The notes beneath the pieces were generated by a model. It saw only the letters and a program-made list of their open reading frames with translations, searched no databases and was not told where the DNA came from. DNA of 64,000 nt from an uncultured Chlamydiales bacterium. Its GTDB lineage: Bacteria; Chlamydiota; Chlamydiia; Chlamydiales; Rhabdochlamydiaceae. The number at the start of each line of letters is the position of its first letter. Positions within the stretch are counted from its first letter, which is position 1. The position numbers were made by a program, and so were the translations under genes. Shown here one piece after another: positions 48,409 to 56,692 of the stretch. Location of the stretch: positions 288,001 to 352,000 of the forward strand of contig OY969554.1 in the NCBI GenBank assembly GCA_963700985.1. The letters are read 5' to 3'.

Positions 48409-49256
48409 AGTGCACTCGCATTGTTCATAGCATTTTCAAAAAACGGCAAAAGCTCAGGGTCTTCAGCTCCCAGCCATTTTTTAAGCGCACCAGCTTTTAT
48501 TTTAGGCTCGTCTTCAGGCTTTTTTTTAGCCAAGCTGCCACAGTCGATAAGAACGGCTTGATCGCCAATAAATCCAAAGTTTTTTGTCAGATGTGAATCT
48601 CGATCGTAGATTCCTTTTTGATCAAGCGTATGCAAGAGCTTAGCTAACGATTCAAGAAGAGTCTTTTTTTCTTGCTGCGCCATGAGCGTGGGAAGCACCA
48701 GATTTGCGCGCTTTTGTAAAACAAATTCAAGCCTGTCTGCATCCAAACGATGTTGAATATTCAAGCGATCTACCAGTGTAAGGCGGCAGTTTAAATCAGA
48801 GGATTTATTGAGATGGAGGAAAATTAAACCACTCTCATCTCTAACTTCATCGAAGGCTAGTTTGTAACTTTGAAATAATTTCGTGAGCTCTGCTTGCTTT
48901 TTTCCCTGCTTTGCAACTCTCCAATCATCTAATCCATGCGGCAAGGGAATAGCATCCAAAAAGGGCGGCAGACGAAGATGTTGAAACTTAAAAAACTTAA
49001 GCACGTATTTTCCATCTGGCGAAGCAAATACGTAGCTCTGAGCGCCTTTGCCCAGATAGTAAAAAGGTTTGGCTAAAATTGTGCGGATTTCGTCTTTTTC
49101 AACTTGGTTCAGCGCAGCTGTATCCCATACCGCCTGCGGTTCAAGTGCTGAGCGGATATTTGCCACCTCAAAGCCATCCGTAACTCTGTGGCAAAGCCTT
49201 TCAGCTGCAATAACTGCTATGATAAAAATAAGAAGAAGAAAAAGCCGTTTATACAT
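48405..49256 (-). CDS. Membrane-anchored kinase-like paralogue K7
   Basis: LGKGAQSYVF...VLKFF; GIYDRDSHLTKNFG...IDCGSL. Confidence 0.72.
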   Translation of the reverse strand: MYKRLFLLLIFIIAVIAAERLCHRVTDGFEVANIRSALEPQAVWDTAALNQVEKDEIRTILAKPFYYLGKGAQSYVFASPDGKYVLKFFKFQHLRLPPFLDAIPLPHGLDDWRVAKQGKKQAELTKLFQSYKLAFDEVRDESGLIFLHLNKSSDLNCRLTLVDRLNIQHRLDADRLEFVLQKRANLVLPTLMAQQEKKTLLESLAKLLHTLDQKGIYDRDSHLTKNFGFIGDQAVLIDCGSLAKKKPEDEPKIKAGALKKWLGAEDPELLPFFENAMNNASAL

Positions 49257-49373
49257 CTGTCCGCGTGTCAAAAGCGATTAAGCGATTAGATTATGAGGCT
49301 GATACAAAATTCACTACCAGTAAATTTTCTTTATCAATTAGTATAATTTTTTTTGATGCTGGAGGAAAAAATC

Positions 49374-50726
49374 ATGGCACACAAAAAGTTGATTGGAAGT
49401 TTTGTTTTCTTTTCTTGTCTGCTGTCACCTAATTTGAAACTCTTTTCTCAGGCAGGCATTAGCCTCTATGTGACAGATCAAACAAACATACAGCTAGTGG
49501 TTATTGATACAGACACCTTTGCTATAACCGCTACCATTCCTCTTATTTCTCAACCGGGTGCAGGAGGCCCTAACGGAGTCGCGATTACTCCGGATAACAA
49601 GTTCGCTTATGTAGGTACCGTTCCATTAACTTCAACTCCTATTCCGGGCGTCAATGCTGTAAATTTGTCTACCGCAGTTGTTACCGAAATCCAGATCGAT
49701 GATGGAAATACTGGCCAAGGTGTGGCCATAACTCCTGATGGTACTATGGCTTATGTTACTAATGGCAGTAGTAAGGTTTTCCCTATAGATGTTGCCACAA
49801 ACGTAGCTGGATCTGGTATTACGGTCGGAGGTGATCCTGATAGCATTGCAATTCAGCCTGTAGGGGCGCCAATTCAAGCCTATGTGGCTAATTTTAGTGA
49901 TCAAAATATTTCTGTAATCAACACAGCAACGAATGCGGTTATAGCTACTATTACTCTTCCGGCTGGCAGTTTGCCAACCAGCGTGGCAATCACCCCCACC
50001 GGTTTATTCACCTACGTTGGTGTTCTTGATAACACTGATGTTTCTGTGATCAGCACAACTTCGAATACTATATCTGCTACTGTGGATTTAGGAGCTTTCG
50101 CGGACGCTATAACTATAGCAAATGTACCAAATCCACCCTCCTCTCCTGATGTCCCTGGTATATTCGCGTATGCTTACATCTTCGGTTCTCAGACAGTTAA
50201 TGTGATCGATACGAGCACAAATACAATAGTTGGGACCATTAATCTTCCCGAATCGTCTACTACAGCTTTTATGGCTTCTACCCCTGATGGAACACAAGTT
50301 TTTCTGGTAGATAACAGTAATAATGTCATTGAAATCGATACTGCTACAAATACAGCTACGGTGGCGCTTGCACTCCCTGGCACCGCAGGCGGTATTGCAA
50401 TGGGTCCCGTGCCGCCAATTCCACCACCACCCAACCCGAAACCTCTACCACCTTCTAATCTCACAGGTGAGCTGCGCAAGGTGATTTTCGCCACACAAAC
50501 AGAGTACATTCACAAGCTGCAGTGGACCCCCAGCACTGACACGACTGTCGTTGATTATCTTGTTTTCCGCAACGGCATCCAGATCGCCGTGATTAGTGCC
50601 TCTGGACCATTTGAGTATAACGACCAGAATCGCCATAAAAATGAGAGCGACGTTTACACATTAGTGAGTGTAAATGCATTAGGTGTGCAGAGCGACCCCA
50701 TCACACTTAATTTCAACGGGAAGTAA
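49374..50726 (+). CDS. Secreted YVTN beta-propeller + conserved C-terminal domain (copy 2)
   Basis: GGAGG RBS before ATG 49374; signal peptide; propeller repeats; shared tail. Confidence 0.88.
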   Translation: MAHKKLIGSFVFFSCLLSPNLKLFSQAGISLYVTDQTNIQLVVIDTDTFAITATIPLISQPGAGGPNGVAITPDNKFAYVGTVPLTSTPIPGVNAVNLSTAVVTEIQIDDGNTGQGVAITPDGTMAYVTNGSSKVFPIDVATNVAGSGITVGGDPDSIAIQPVGAPIQAYVANFSDQNISVINTATNAVIATITLPAGSLPTSVAITPTGLFTYVGVLDNTDVSVISTTSNTISATVDLGAFADAITIANVPNPPSSPDVPGIFAYAYIFGSQTVNVIDTSTNTIVGTINLPESSTTAFMASTPDGTQVFLVDNSNNVIEIDTATNTATVALALPGTAGGIAMGPVPPIPPPPNPKPLPPSNLTGELRKVIFATQTEYIHKLQWTPSTDTTVVDYLVFRNGIQIAVISASGPFEYNDQNRHKNESDVYTLVSVNALGVQSDPITLNFNGK

Positions 50727-50852
50727 TTTAAGTCTAAAACAGAACAGGATAGATAGGATCAGGCAGGATATGAAAGATCGAATAGAGAAAATATCCTGCA
50801 TATCCTGTAAATGATTTACCGAAAAGGTTCGATCTTACCTACTTAACTTTAA
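50727..50852. repeat. CAGGAT/ATCCTG palindromic element downstream of propeller gene (copy A)
   Basis: agaacaggata...ggatcaggcaggatat...aaatatcctgcatatcctgtaaatgatttacc; also at 52190 and 54643. Confidence 0.85.
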
Positions 50853-50860
50853 TGGATGGT

Positions 50861-52189
50861 ATGGCTCATAAAAAATGGATTGGAAATTTTGTTTTTTTAT
50901 CTTGTCTGCTGACGCCTAACTGGAATCTTTTTTCTCAGGCAGGCATTAGCCTCTACCTGACAGATGAAAGCCATCAGCAAATGTACGTGATAGACACGGA
51001 AACCTTTGCTATAACGGCTACGATTCCCCTAACGAATCCTGGGCCTCGAGGCTTAGCCATTAATGCAGATAATACATTTGCTTATGTAGGTGTTAGCCCT
51101 GGCGTAAACCTTGTAAACCTAACCACTCAGCAAGCTGAGTCTGTAATTTTTATAGGTGGTGCTGCTGGCCAAGATGCAGCTATAACACCCGACGGCACTA
51201 CTGTTTATGTTCCAGATGGTAGCATGTCTGTTTGGGTGATTGATACGGCTACGAATGTGTCTACAGCTTCTATTGGGACCGGAAGTCAGCCCAGTTTTGT
51301 TGCAATTCAACCTGTTGCACCATTCCAGGCGTATGTTTCCAATTTTGGTTCTGGTACTGTTACTGTAATCGACACAAATACGATGAGTTTTGTAACTAAT
51401 ATTGTAGTTGGGACTAGTTCTAGTGATCCTTCCGGTATAGCCGCCACTCCTAACATTCCTAGCACTCCTAACGGTTTGTTTGCCTATGTTGGCTTTGATA
51501 GTGGCGATACGATCACTGTGATTGACGCTGGCACGAATACCATCTCATCTACTGTGACTGTAGGATCTGTTCCTTTAGATGTTACCATAGCAAATGTGCC
51601 GAGTCCCCCTTCTCCCTTATCTCCTGGTGCATATGCTTATACTGCCAACTCAAACGCAGGCACTGTTTCTGTTATAAATGCAGCCGCTTCTCCACCGGTA
51701 ACGGTAACAACGCTTACCCCTCCTAATGCGAACGCGCTACAGTTTATTGCTGCGACTCCTGACGGAAAACAGGTGTTTGTGATTGATGGTCATAGTGATA
51801 TCTCGGTAATCGATACTTCTACAAATGAAGCTACTTTGGTAGTTACAATAATTGACTCTATCCCAGGTGGTGTGGCAATGGGTAATGTGCTGCCAAACCC
51901 GCAGCCTCAGCCGCCTTCTAATCTCACTGGGCAGCTGCGCAAGGTGATCTTTGCCACTCAAACAGAATATATCCACAAGCTGCAGTGGAGCCCTAGCACT
52001 GACACGACCGTGGTCAATTACATTCTTTTCCGCAATGGCAGCCAGATCGCGGTGATCAGCGCCTCTGGGCCATTTGAGTATAACGACCAGAACCGCCATA
52101 AAAATGAGAGCGACGTTTACACATTAGTGAGCGTGAACGCATCAGGCGCGCAAAGCACACCCATCACCTTAAACTTCAACGGGAAGTAA
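50861..52189 (+). CDS. Secreted YVTN beta-propeller + conserved C-terminal domain (copy 3)
   Basis: MAHKKWIG..LLTPNWNLFSQAGISLY, parallel to copy 2; shared tail. Confidence 0.88.
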   Translation: MAHKKWIGNFVFLSCLLTPNWNLFSQAGISLYLTDESHQQMYVIDTETFAITATIPLTNPGPRGLAINADNTFAYVGVSPGVNLVNLTTQQAESVIFIGGAAGQDAAITPDGTTVYVPDGSMSVWVIDTATNVSTASIGTGSQPSFVAIQPVAPFQAYVSNFGSGTVTVIDTNTMSFVTNIVVGTSSSDPSGIAATPNIPSTPNGLFAYVGFDSGDTITVIDAGTNTISSTVTVGSVPLDVTIANVPSPPSPLSPGAYAYTANSNAGTVSVINAAASPPVTVTTLTPPNANALQFIAATPDGKQVFVIDGHSDISVIDTSTNEATLVVTIIDSIPGGVAMGNVLPNPQPQPPSNLTGQLRKVIFATQTEYIHKLQWSPSTDTTVVNYILFRNGSQIAVISASGPFEYNDQNRHKNESDVYTLVSVNASGAQSTPITLNFNGK

Positions 52190-52332
52190 TTTAATTCTAA
52201 AGCAGAACAAGATGTAGAGAGGATCAGGCAGGATATAAAGGATGGAAGAAATATCCTGCATATCCTGTCGCTTGCGATCATGCACATCCTGTAAATGATT
52301 TACCGAAAGAGCTTGGTCTTATCTACTTAACT
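52190..52332. repeat. CAGGAT/ATCCTG element (copy B)
   Basis: Homologous to 50727-50852. Confidence 0.85.
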
Positions 52333-53223
52333 TTAAGGGATAGCTTGGATCTGTTGGTCTAAGTAGCTAGCGAGTTCAGGTTGACGCATCTGTAGCCACT
52401 GTTTGAAGTGGTCTGTGATGCGCAGCACTTCATGTTGAAAAGGCTCATTTTTCTTATTTGATTCACCCTTCTTAAAACGGCCGATATCGAATTGAATTGG
52501 CTCTGCATCGATTAAGCCAAAGTTAGTCTTAAGATCCGGATCTTTATCGGTGAGACCGGCATCGTGTCTTTTGGCGAGTAGATGGAGAAGTCCTACGAGC
52601 GCACTTTTAGCTTTTTCTATCTGATTCGTTTGAATCATCTCTTCAATTGCCGCGTAAAAAGGTTTCGCTCTCTTTTGCAGAATGAATTCCATCTGATCTA
52701 AATCGAGTGTGTGGGTGATTTTCCCCTTGTCAGTGATCTGGATCTTTTGCCTTAGATTATCACTTTTAGTGAGATGCAGATAGATCAAGCCCGTCTCTTC
52801 TTTTAGATGCTGAAAAGCAAATTGGTAGCTGGAGAAATCTTTTTCGCGCTTGCTTTCTTTGATCGCAATTTTTTGCTGCCGCCATTGCTCAAGTGAAGAG
52901 GGGAGGGGAAGGTTTTTTAGCCACCTCGGAGCTTCGATATGACTTACCCGAAAAAATTTGATCACATATAGCTGATCTTGCGAGACAAATACGTAACACT
53001 GTGCACCTTTGCCTAAATAAGTGAAAGGTTGTGCCAAAATTGTGCGCAGGCCCCCATCTTGCTTAAAATGAGCAGGAGACTCCCAACGCGCGTCATATGC
53101 AAGGCGGGAAGAGATCTTGTTTAGAGCAAAACCATCCGTCTGTTTATAGCAGAAATGCTTAAGCCCAAAAAAAACGCCCACAACCAGAGTTAACCACCCC
53201 GCTTGCTGATAAATTTTCTTCAT
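52333..53223 (-). CDS. Membrane-anchored kinase-like paralogue K8
   Basis: LGKGAQCYVF...VIKFF; GLTDKDPDLKTNFG...FDIGRF. Confidence 0.72.
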   Translation of the reverse strand: MKKIYQQAGWLTLVVGVFFGLKHFCYKQTDGFALNKISSRLAYDARWESPAHFKQDGGLRTILAQPFTYLGKGAQCYVFVSQDQLYVIKFFRVSHIEAPRWLKNLPLPSSLEQWRQQKIAIKESKREKDFSSYQFAFQHLKEETGLIYLHLTKSDNLRQKIQITDKGKITHTLDLDQMEFILQKRAKPFYAAIEEMIQTNQIEKAKSALVGLLHLLAKRHDAGLTDKDPDLKTNFGLIDAEPIQFDIGRFKKGESNKKNEPFQHEVLRITDHFKQWLQMRQPELASYLDQQIQAIP

Positions 53224-53313
53224 GCTGAGGATTATCATGCCGTGCAAAATTCCCTTCCACTAGATTTTCTTTTTGTGTAATTTATAATTTTTTTTTATAA
53301 ATGGAAAAAACTT

Positions 53314-54642
53314 ATGAAGTTACGTTCTTGGACTGCAAGTTTTATCTTTGTCGCATCTCTTTTAACGCCTAATTTGAATCTGTTTTCTGAAGCTGGAGTT
53401 AATGCCTATGTTCTTAGTCATGGCGCTGCAAATGATGGTTTTGTCGGTGTATTTGAGACAGATACTCCTTTCACTCAAACAGCTTCTATCGGCAGTTCGT
53501 TCTCGAATCCGACCGGAATGGTTTATACGGTCGTTCCTGTTGTTCCTCCCACCGTTCCACCGACAGATCATGAATTAGTTTATGTGGCAGCAACTGACGA
53601 GATAGAAGTCATTGATGTTCTGACGGGTACATTAGTGGCACCGATATCGATAACCGGTAATACTGCTTTTGATGTTGCAGCCACTTCCAATGGCGCTTTT
53701 GTCTATGCAACAATTATCAATGCTGCCCAAGTGTTAGTGATTGATACAAGTACCAATACAATAGTTGGGGCGCCTATCCCCGTAGGACACAGCCCTGAAG
53801 GCATTGCTATTACGCCCAGCGATCAACGGGCATATGTTGCCAATGCCGCCGATGGCACTGTTTCTGTGATCAACACAATTTCGAATACCGTTGTTGCGAC
53901 CGTCACCGTGGGCTCTGATCCTGTTCGAGTTGCCATCACACCGAATGGAAACTCTGTCTATGTTGTCAATACCGGATCCGATAATGTATCTGTAATTAAT
54001 ACTGCCACGAATACAGTAGTTGCAACTATTACCGTAGGAGACACTCCAATAAACATCGCCATAGCAACTGTGCAAGGTGGCGCTCACGTATATGCGTATG
54101 TCACCAACGGCGACAGCGATACTGTTACTGTGATCGACACGGACACAATGCTGGCAGTCGGTTCGCCAATCATCGTAGGGCTTGATCCTGGCCCTATCGC
54201 CGCGACTCCTGATGGAATGTCTGTTTTTGTGGGAATAGGTAACAACGATACTCTCTCTATTATCGATACCGCCACAAATGTAGTTAATAATGTGCCAGGA
54301 GTTCCAATCCAGTCGGCCATCGTGATGGTGCCGGCTGCACCCCCACCCCCACCTCAACCTCAACCACCATCAAATCTTACTGGGCTGCTACGTAAAGTGA
54401 TCTTTGCTACCCAAACCGAATACATCCATCAGCTGCAGTGGAGCCCTAGTATCGATACAACCGTGGTTGATTACATTCTTTTCCGCAACGGCAGCCAGAT
54501 CGCGGTGATCAGCGCCTCTGGGCCGTTTGAGTATAACGACCAGAACCGCCACAAAAATGAAAGCGACATTTATAGTCTAGTGAGTGTGAATGCCTCGGGT
54601 GTGCAAAGCGATCCCATCACACTTCTTTTCAATGGGAAGTAA
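53314..54642 (+). CDS. Secreted YVTN beta-propeller + conserved C-terminal domain (copy 4)
   Basis: Signal peptide, VAITPNGNSVYVVNTGSDNVSVINT repeats, shared tail. Confidence 0.88.
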   Translation: MKLRSWTASFIFVASLLTPNLNLFSEAGVNAYVLSHGAANDGFVGVFETDTPFTQTASIGSSFSNPTGMVYTVVPVVPPTVPPTDHELVYVAATDEIEVIDVLTGTLVAPISITGNTAFDVAATSNGAFVYATIINAAQVLVIDTSTNTIVGAPIPVGHSPEGIAITPSDQRAYVANAADGTVSVINTISNTVVATVTVGSDPVRVAITPNGNSVYVVNTGSDNVSVINTATNTVVATITVGDTPINIAIATVQGGAHVYAYVTNGDSDTVTVIDTDTMLAVGSPIIVGLDPGPIAATPDGMSVFVGIGNNDTLSIIDTATNVVNNVPGVPIQSAIVMVPAAPPPPPQPQPPSNLTGLLRKVIFATQTEYIHQLQWSPSIDTTVVDYILFRNGSQIAVISASGPFEYNDQNRHKNESDIYSLVSVNASGVQSDPITLLFNGK

Positions 54643-54765
54643 TCTTGAGTCTAAAAGAGAACAGGATATACAGGATCAGGCAGGATATGAAGGATAGGAT
54701 TGAGAAAATATCTTGCGTATCCTGTCGTTTACGATCCTACATATCCTGTAAATGATTTACCAAAA
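54643..54765. repeat. CAGGAT/ATCCTG element (copy C)
   Basis: Homologous to 50727-50852. Confidence 0.85.
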
Positions 54766-54799
54766 AAGTAGTGACCCCATCACACTTGTCTTCACTAGG

Positions 54800-54860
54800 A
54801 AATTTTCTTCATGCCCAGGATTATCATGCCGCGCAAAATTCCCTTCCACTAGATTTTTCT
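54800..54860 (-). pseudogene. Remnant of the 5' end and upstream region of a kinase-like paralogue
   Basis: aaattttcttcatgcccaggattatcatgccgcgcaaaattcccttccactagatttt closely matches 53211-53268, including the K8 start ATGAAGAAAATTT. Confidence 0.7.
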
Positions 54861-54925
54861 CGATTTTTGATGAAAGTTAAATAAAACATTTGCAAGTTGA
54901 CGAGTCTTGGGGTATTGAGAAGTAA

Positions 54926-55600
54926 ATGAAACACAATAACCCCAGATTTTCTATGCTTACAAAAAAATGTTCTAGCCTAGCAATAGGCGCATCTCTCTTA
55001 GTTCTGAGCAGTTTTGCAGCAAGTCAGCTAAATGCCGTAGAGTGCTCCTCTGTCAAATCTGGCTTTGAAGTAAGCGCTCGCGCTGCGGCGTTTGTTCCTT
55101 CATCGCATAAGATAAGAAAGATCTATAACGATGCGTGGGGAGACTATCAACTCGAATTCGGTCAATCGATATATAAATCCTTGAGCATTTGGGCTGGGGG
55201 TCAATACACCTATAGCAATGGGCATTCTCGTTCAGGTAGCGACACCATTCGTGCTAGGACGAAAATACAACTAGCGCCCGTGAGCTTAGGCTTAAAATAC
55301 AATTTCTTCTTCGGTTCTTGCACCAGTCTCTACTTAGGCGCTGGCCCTACGTATACTTTCCTGCGCATACACGACCATTGGCCCTTTGTACATAGACACA
55401 TAAGCAAAGCAGGCGTAGGCGGGTTATTCAAAGTGGGCATGAAGCACTACTTTGCCCGTGCATTTTTTATCGAAGGTTTTGTGGATTACCTCGTACAGCG
55501 TTTTCACTTCCATAACAAGAGTTCTGGCCCTTTCGTACAGCGGCATGAGCTCTTTATGGATGCTATCGTAGCTGGCGGCAGCATCGGCTTCCACTTCTAG
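54926..55600 (+). CDS. Small outer-membrane beta-barrel protein
   Basis: Signal peptide, amphipathic strands (PVSLGLKYNF, LYLGAGPTY), terminal GGSIGFHF. Confidence 0.8.
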   Translation: MKHNNPRFSMLTKKCSSLAIGASLLVLSSFAASQLNAVECSSVKSGFEVSARAAAFVPSSHKIRKIYNDAWGDYQLEFGQSIYKSLSIWAGGQYTYSNGHSRSGSDTIRARTKIQLAPVSLGLKYNFFFGSCTSLYLGAGPTYTFLRIHDHWPFVHRHISKAGVGGLFKVGMKHYFARAFFIEGFVDYLVQRFHFHNKSSGPFVQRHELFMDAIVAGGSIGFHF

Positions 55601-55627
55601 CAATAATTGCGATCGATTCATTCTTAT

Positions 55628-55724
55628 TCGTGCCCGTGTGCGTGTGCGTGCCTGATCTTTCTTAAAAGCAGAAGTCTATAAGAAAAAGAAAGAGAGCCGG
55701 GCACGGGCACGCACACGGGCACGA
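55628..55724. repeat. Palindrome built of GTGCCC/GGGCAC hexamer units
   Basis: tcgtgcccgtgtgcgtgtgcgtgcc ... gggcacgggcacgcacacgggcacga. Confidence 0.8.
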
Positions 55725-55789
55725 TTAAGAAAGAAGCAATTCTTTCTCTCTTCCTCTGTGATCTCGGTGGTGAAATTCTTCAGCAGCAC

Positions 55790-56620
55790 TTAGCGGAGGA
55801 TGATTTCTCGATCGACAGAGTTGTAAGCTCCGGAAACGGGCTTGTTTCTCTGATCGATCAGCTGCAGATGGATTTTATGAGTGCCTTTTTTGAGACCATA
55901 GATGTAATAGGGGATCCAGCTGGTTATGACGCGTTCTTTTTTGCCGTCGATAGAGAGTTCTACTTTATAGCCGTCACGTGAGAGTTGGCAGTTTGTGATG
56001 TAGAAGTCGAGTAAAATAGGCTCAGTTGGGCTGTAATCATAATCGCCCTGAGGTTCATTGTAGGTGAGGTAGGGAGCCGAAAGATCCACGCCATGTAATG
56101 GTTCCTTGTCCTGGAAATAGAAGGTGCCAGAGACAAAGCAGCCATCGCCTTTAAGGCTCTCATTGTAAGAGCGCACAGGGAAAATGCGAATCGTGTGTGC
56201 ACCGGGCTTTAGTTTAAAAGGAAGATCAAAATCTAATGATTGATCGAAGTAGTTCTCATTGTCGTCTAAGGCCATAATGAAAGACTCATTGATCTCAAAG
56301 TAGGGACGATCGTCGATGACGATATGAAGAGCTTGTCCAACCGGATCGTTAAAGATCTCTTTTCTTCTAGGAAAATCGCTGTCTGTGCCTATTGGATAGC
56401 CCTGGATGCGCAGTTCCATGTTGACTGGGTTTGAGTTCTTAACATCACCTTCTTTAGGGAAGACTATGAAAAGCTCCACATTATCAGATTCAGGCGTTGG
56501 GTTGACCGGTACGACACGGATCTCTCCGGGATTGGCCTTATGAGGCTTTATATCCGCAGCAGAGGCCGCATTCGAAGATAGCACCAGAAGAGAACAGAGA
56601 CCCAGTAGACCAAATCGCAT
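55790..56620 (-). CDS. Secreted hypothetical protein (two beta-rich domains)
   Basis: Signal peptide; GQALHIVIDDRPY, GAHTIRIFPVRSYNESLK, PYLTYNEPQG, LLDFYITN. Confidence 0.75.
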   Translation of the reverse strand: MRFGLLGLCSLLVLSSNAASAADIKPHKANPGEIRVVPVNPTPESDNVELFIVFPKEGDVKNSNPVNMELRIQGYPIGTDSDFPRRKEIFNDPVGQALHIVIDDRPYFEINESFIMALDDNENYFDQSLDFDLPFKLKPGAHTIRIFPVRSYNESLKGDGCFVSGTFYFQDKEPLHGVDLSAPYLTYNEPQGDYDYSPTEPILLDFYITNCQLSRDGYKVELSIDGKKERVITSWIPYYIYGLKKGTHKIHLQLIDQRNKPVSGAYNSVDREIILR

Positions 56621-56692
56621 AAATCCTCCATAAACATTAATCCGACGTGTACCCTTCTATCCTTTAAAAGGCAACCTTGATATGGAGAAGGT

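Noticed and set aside
43026-49256. Kinase-like paralogues as lipoproteins or as Rhs immunity genes
   Set aside because: The conserved Cys follows RF/HF/RL/WV, not a lipobox. The genes lie upstream of the Rhs gene, are ~290 aa, and carry enzyme-like motifs.
53734-54363. 209-aa antisense ORF and other short overlapping ORFs in the track
   Set aside because: Shadow frames of well-supported genes.
32639-54642. Diversity-generating retroelement acting on propeller or LRR genes
   Set aside because: No reverse transcriptase in the window; differences between copies are not adenine-specific, and the C-termini are the conserved part.
50727-54765. CRISPR or integron attC array
   Set aside because: Elements are ~125-140 bp and co-duplicated with the propeller 3' ends; I saw no clear attC core sites and no integrase.
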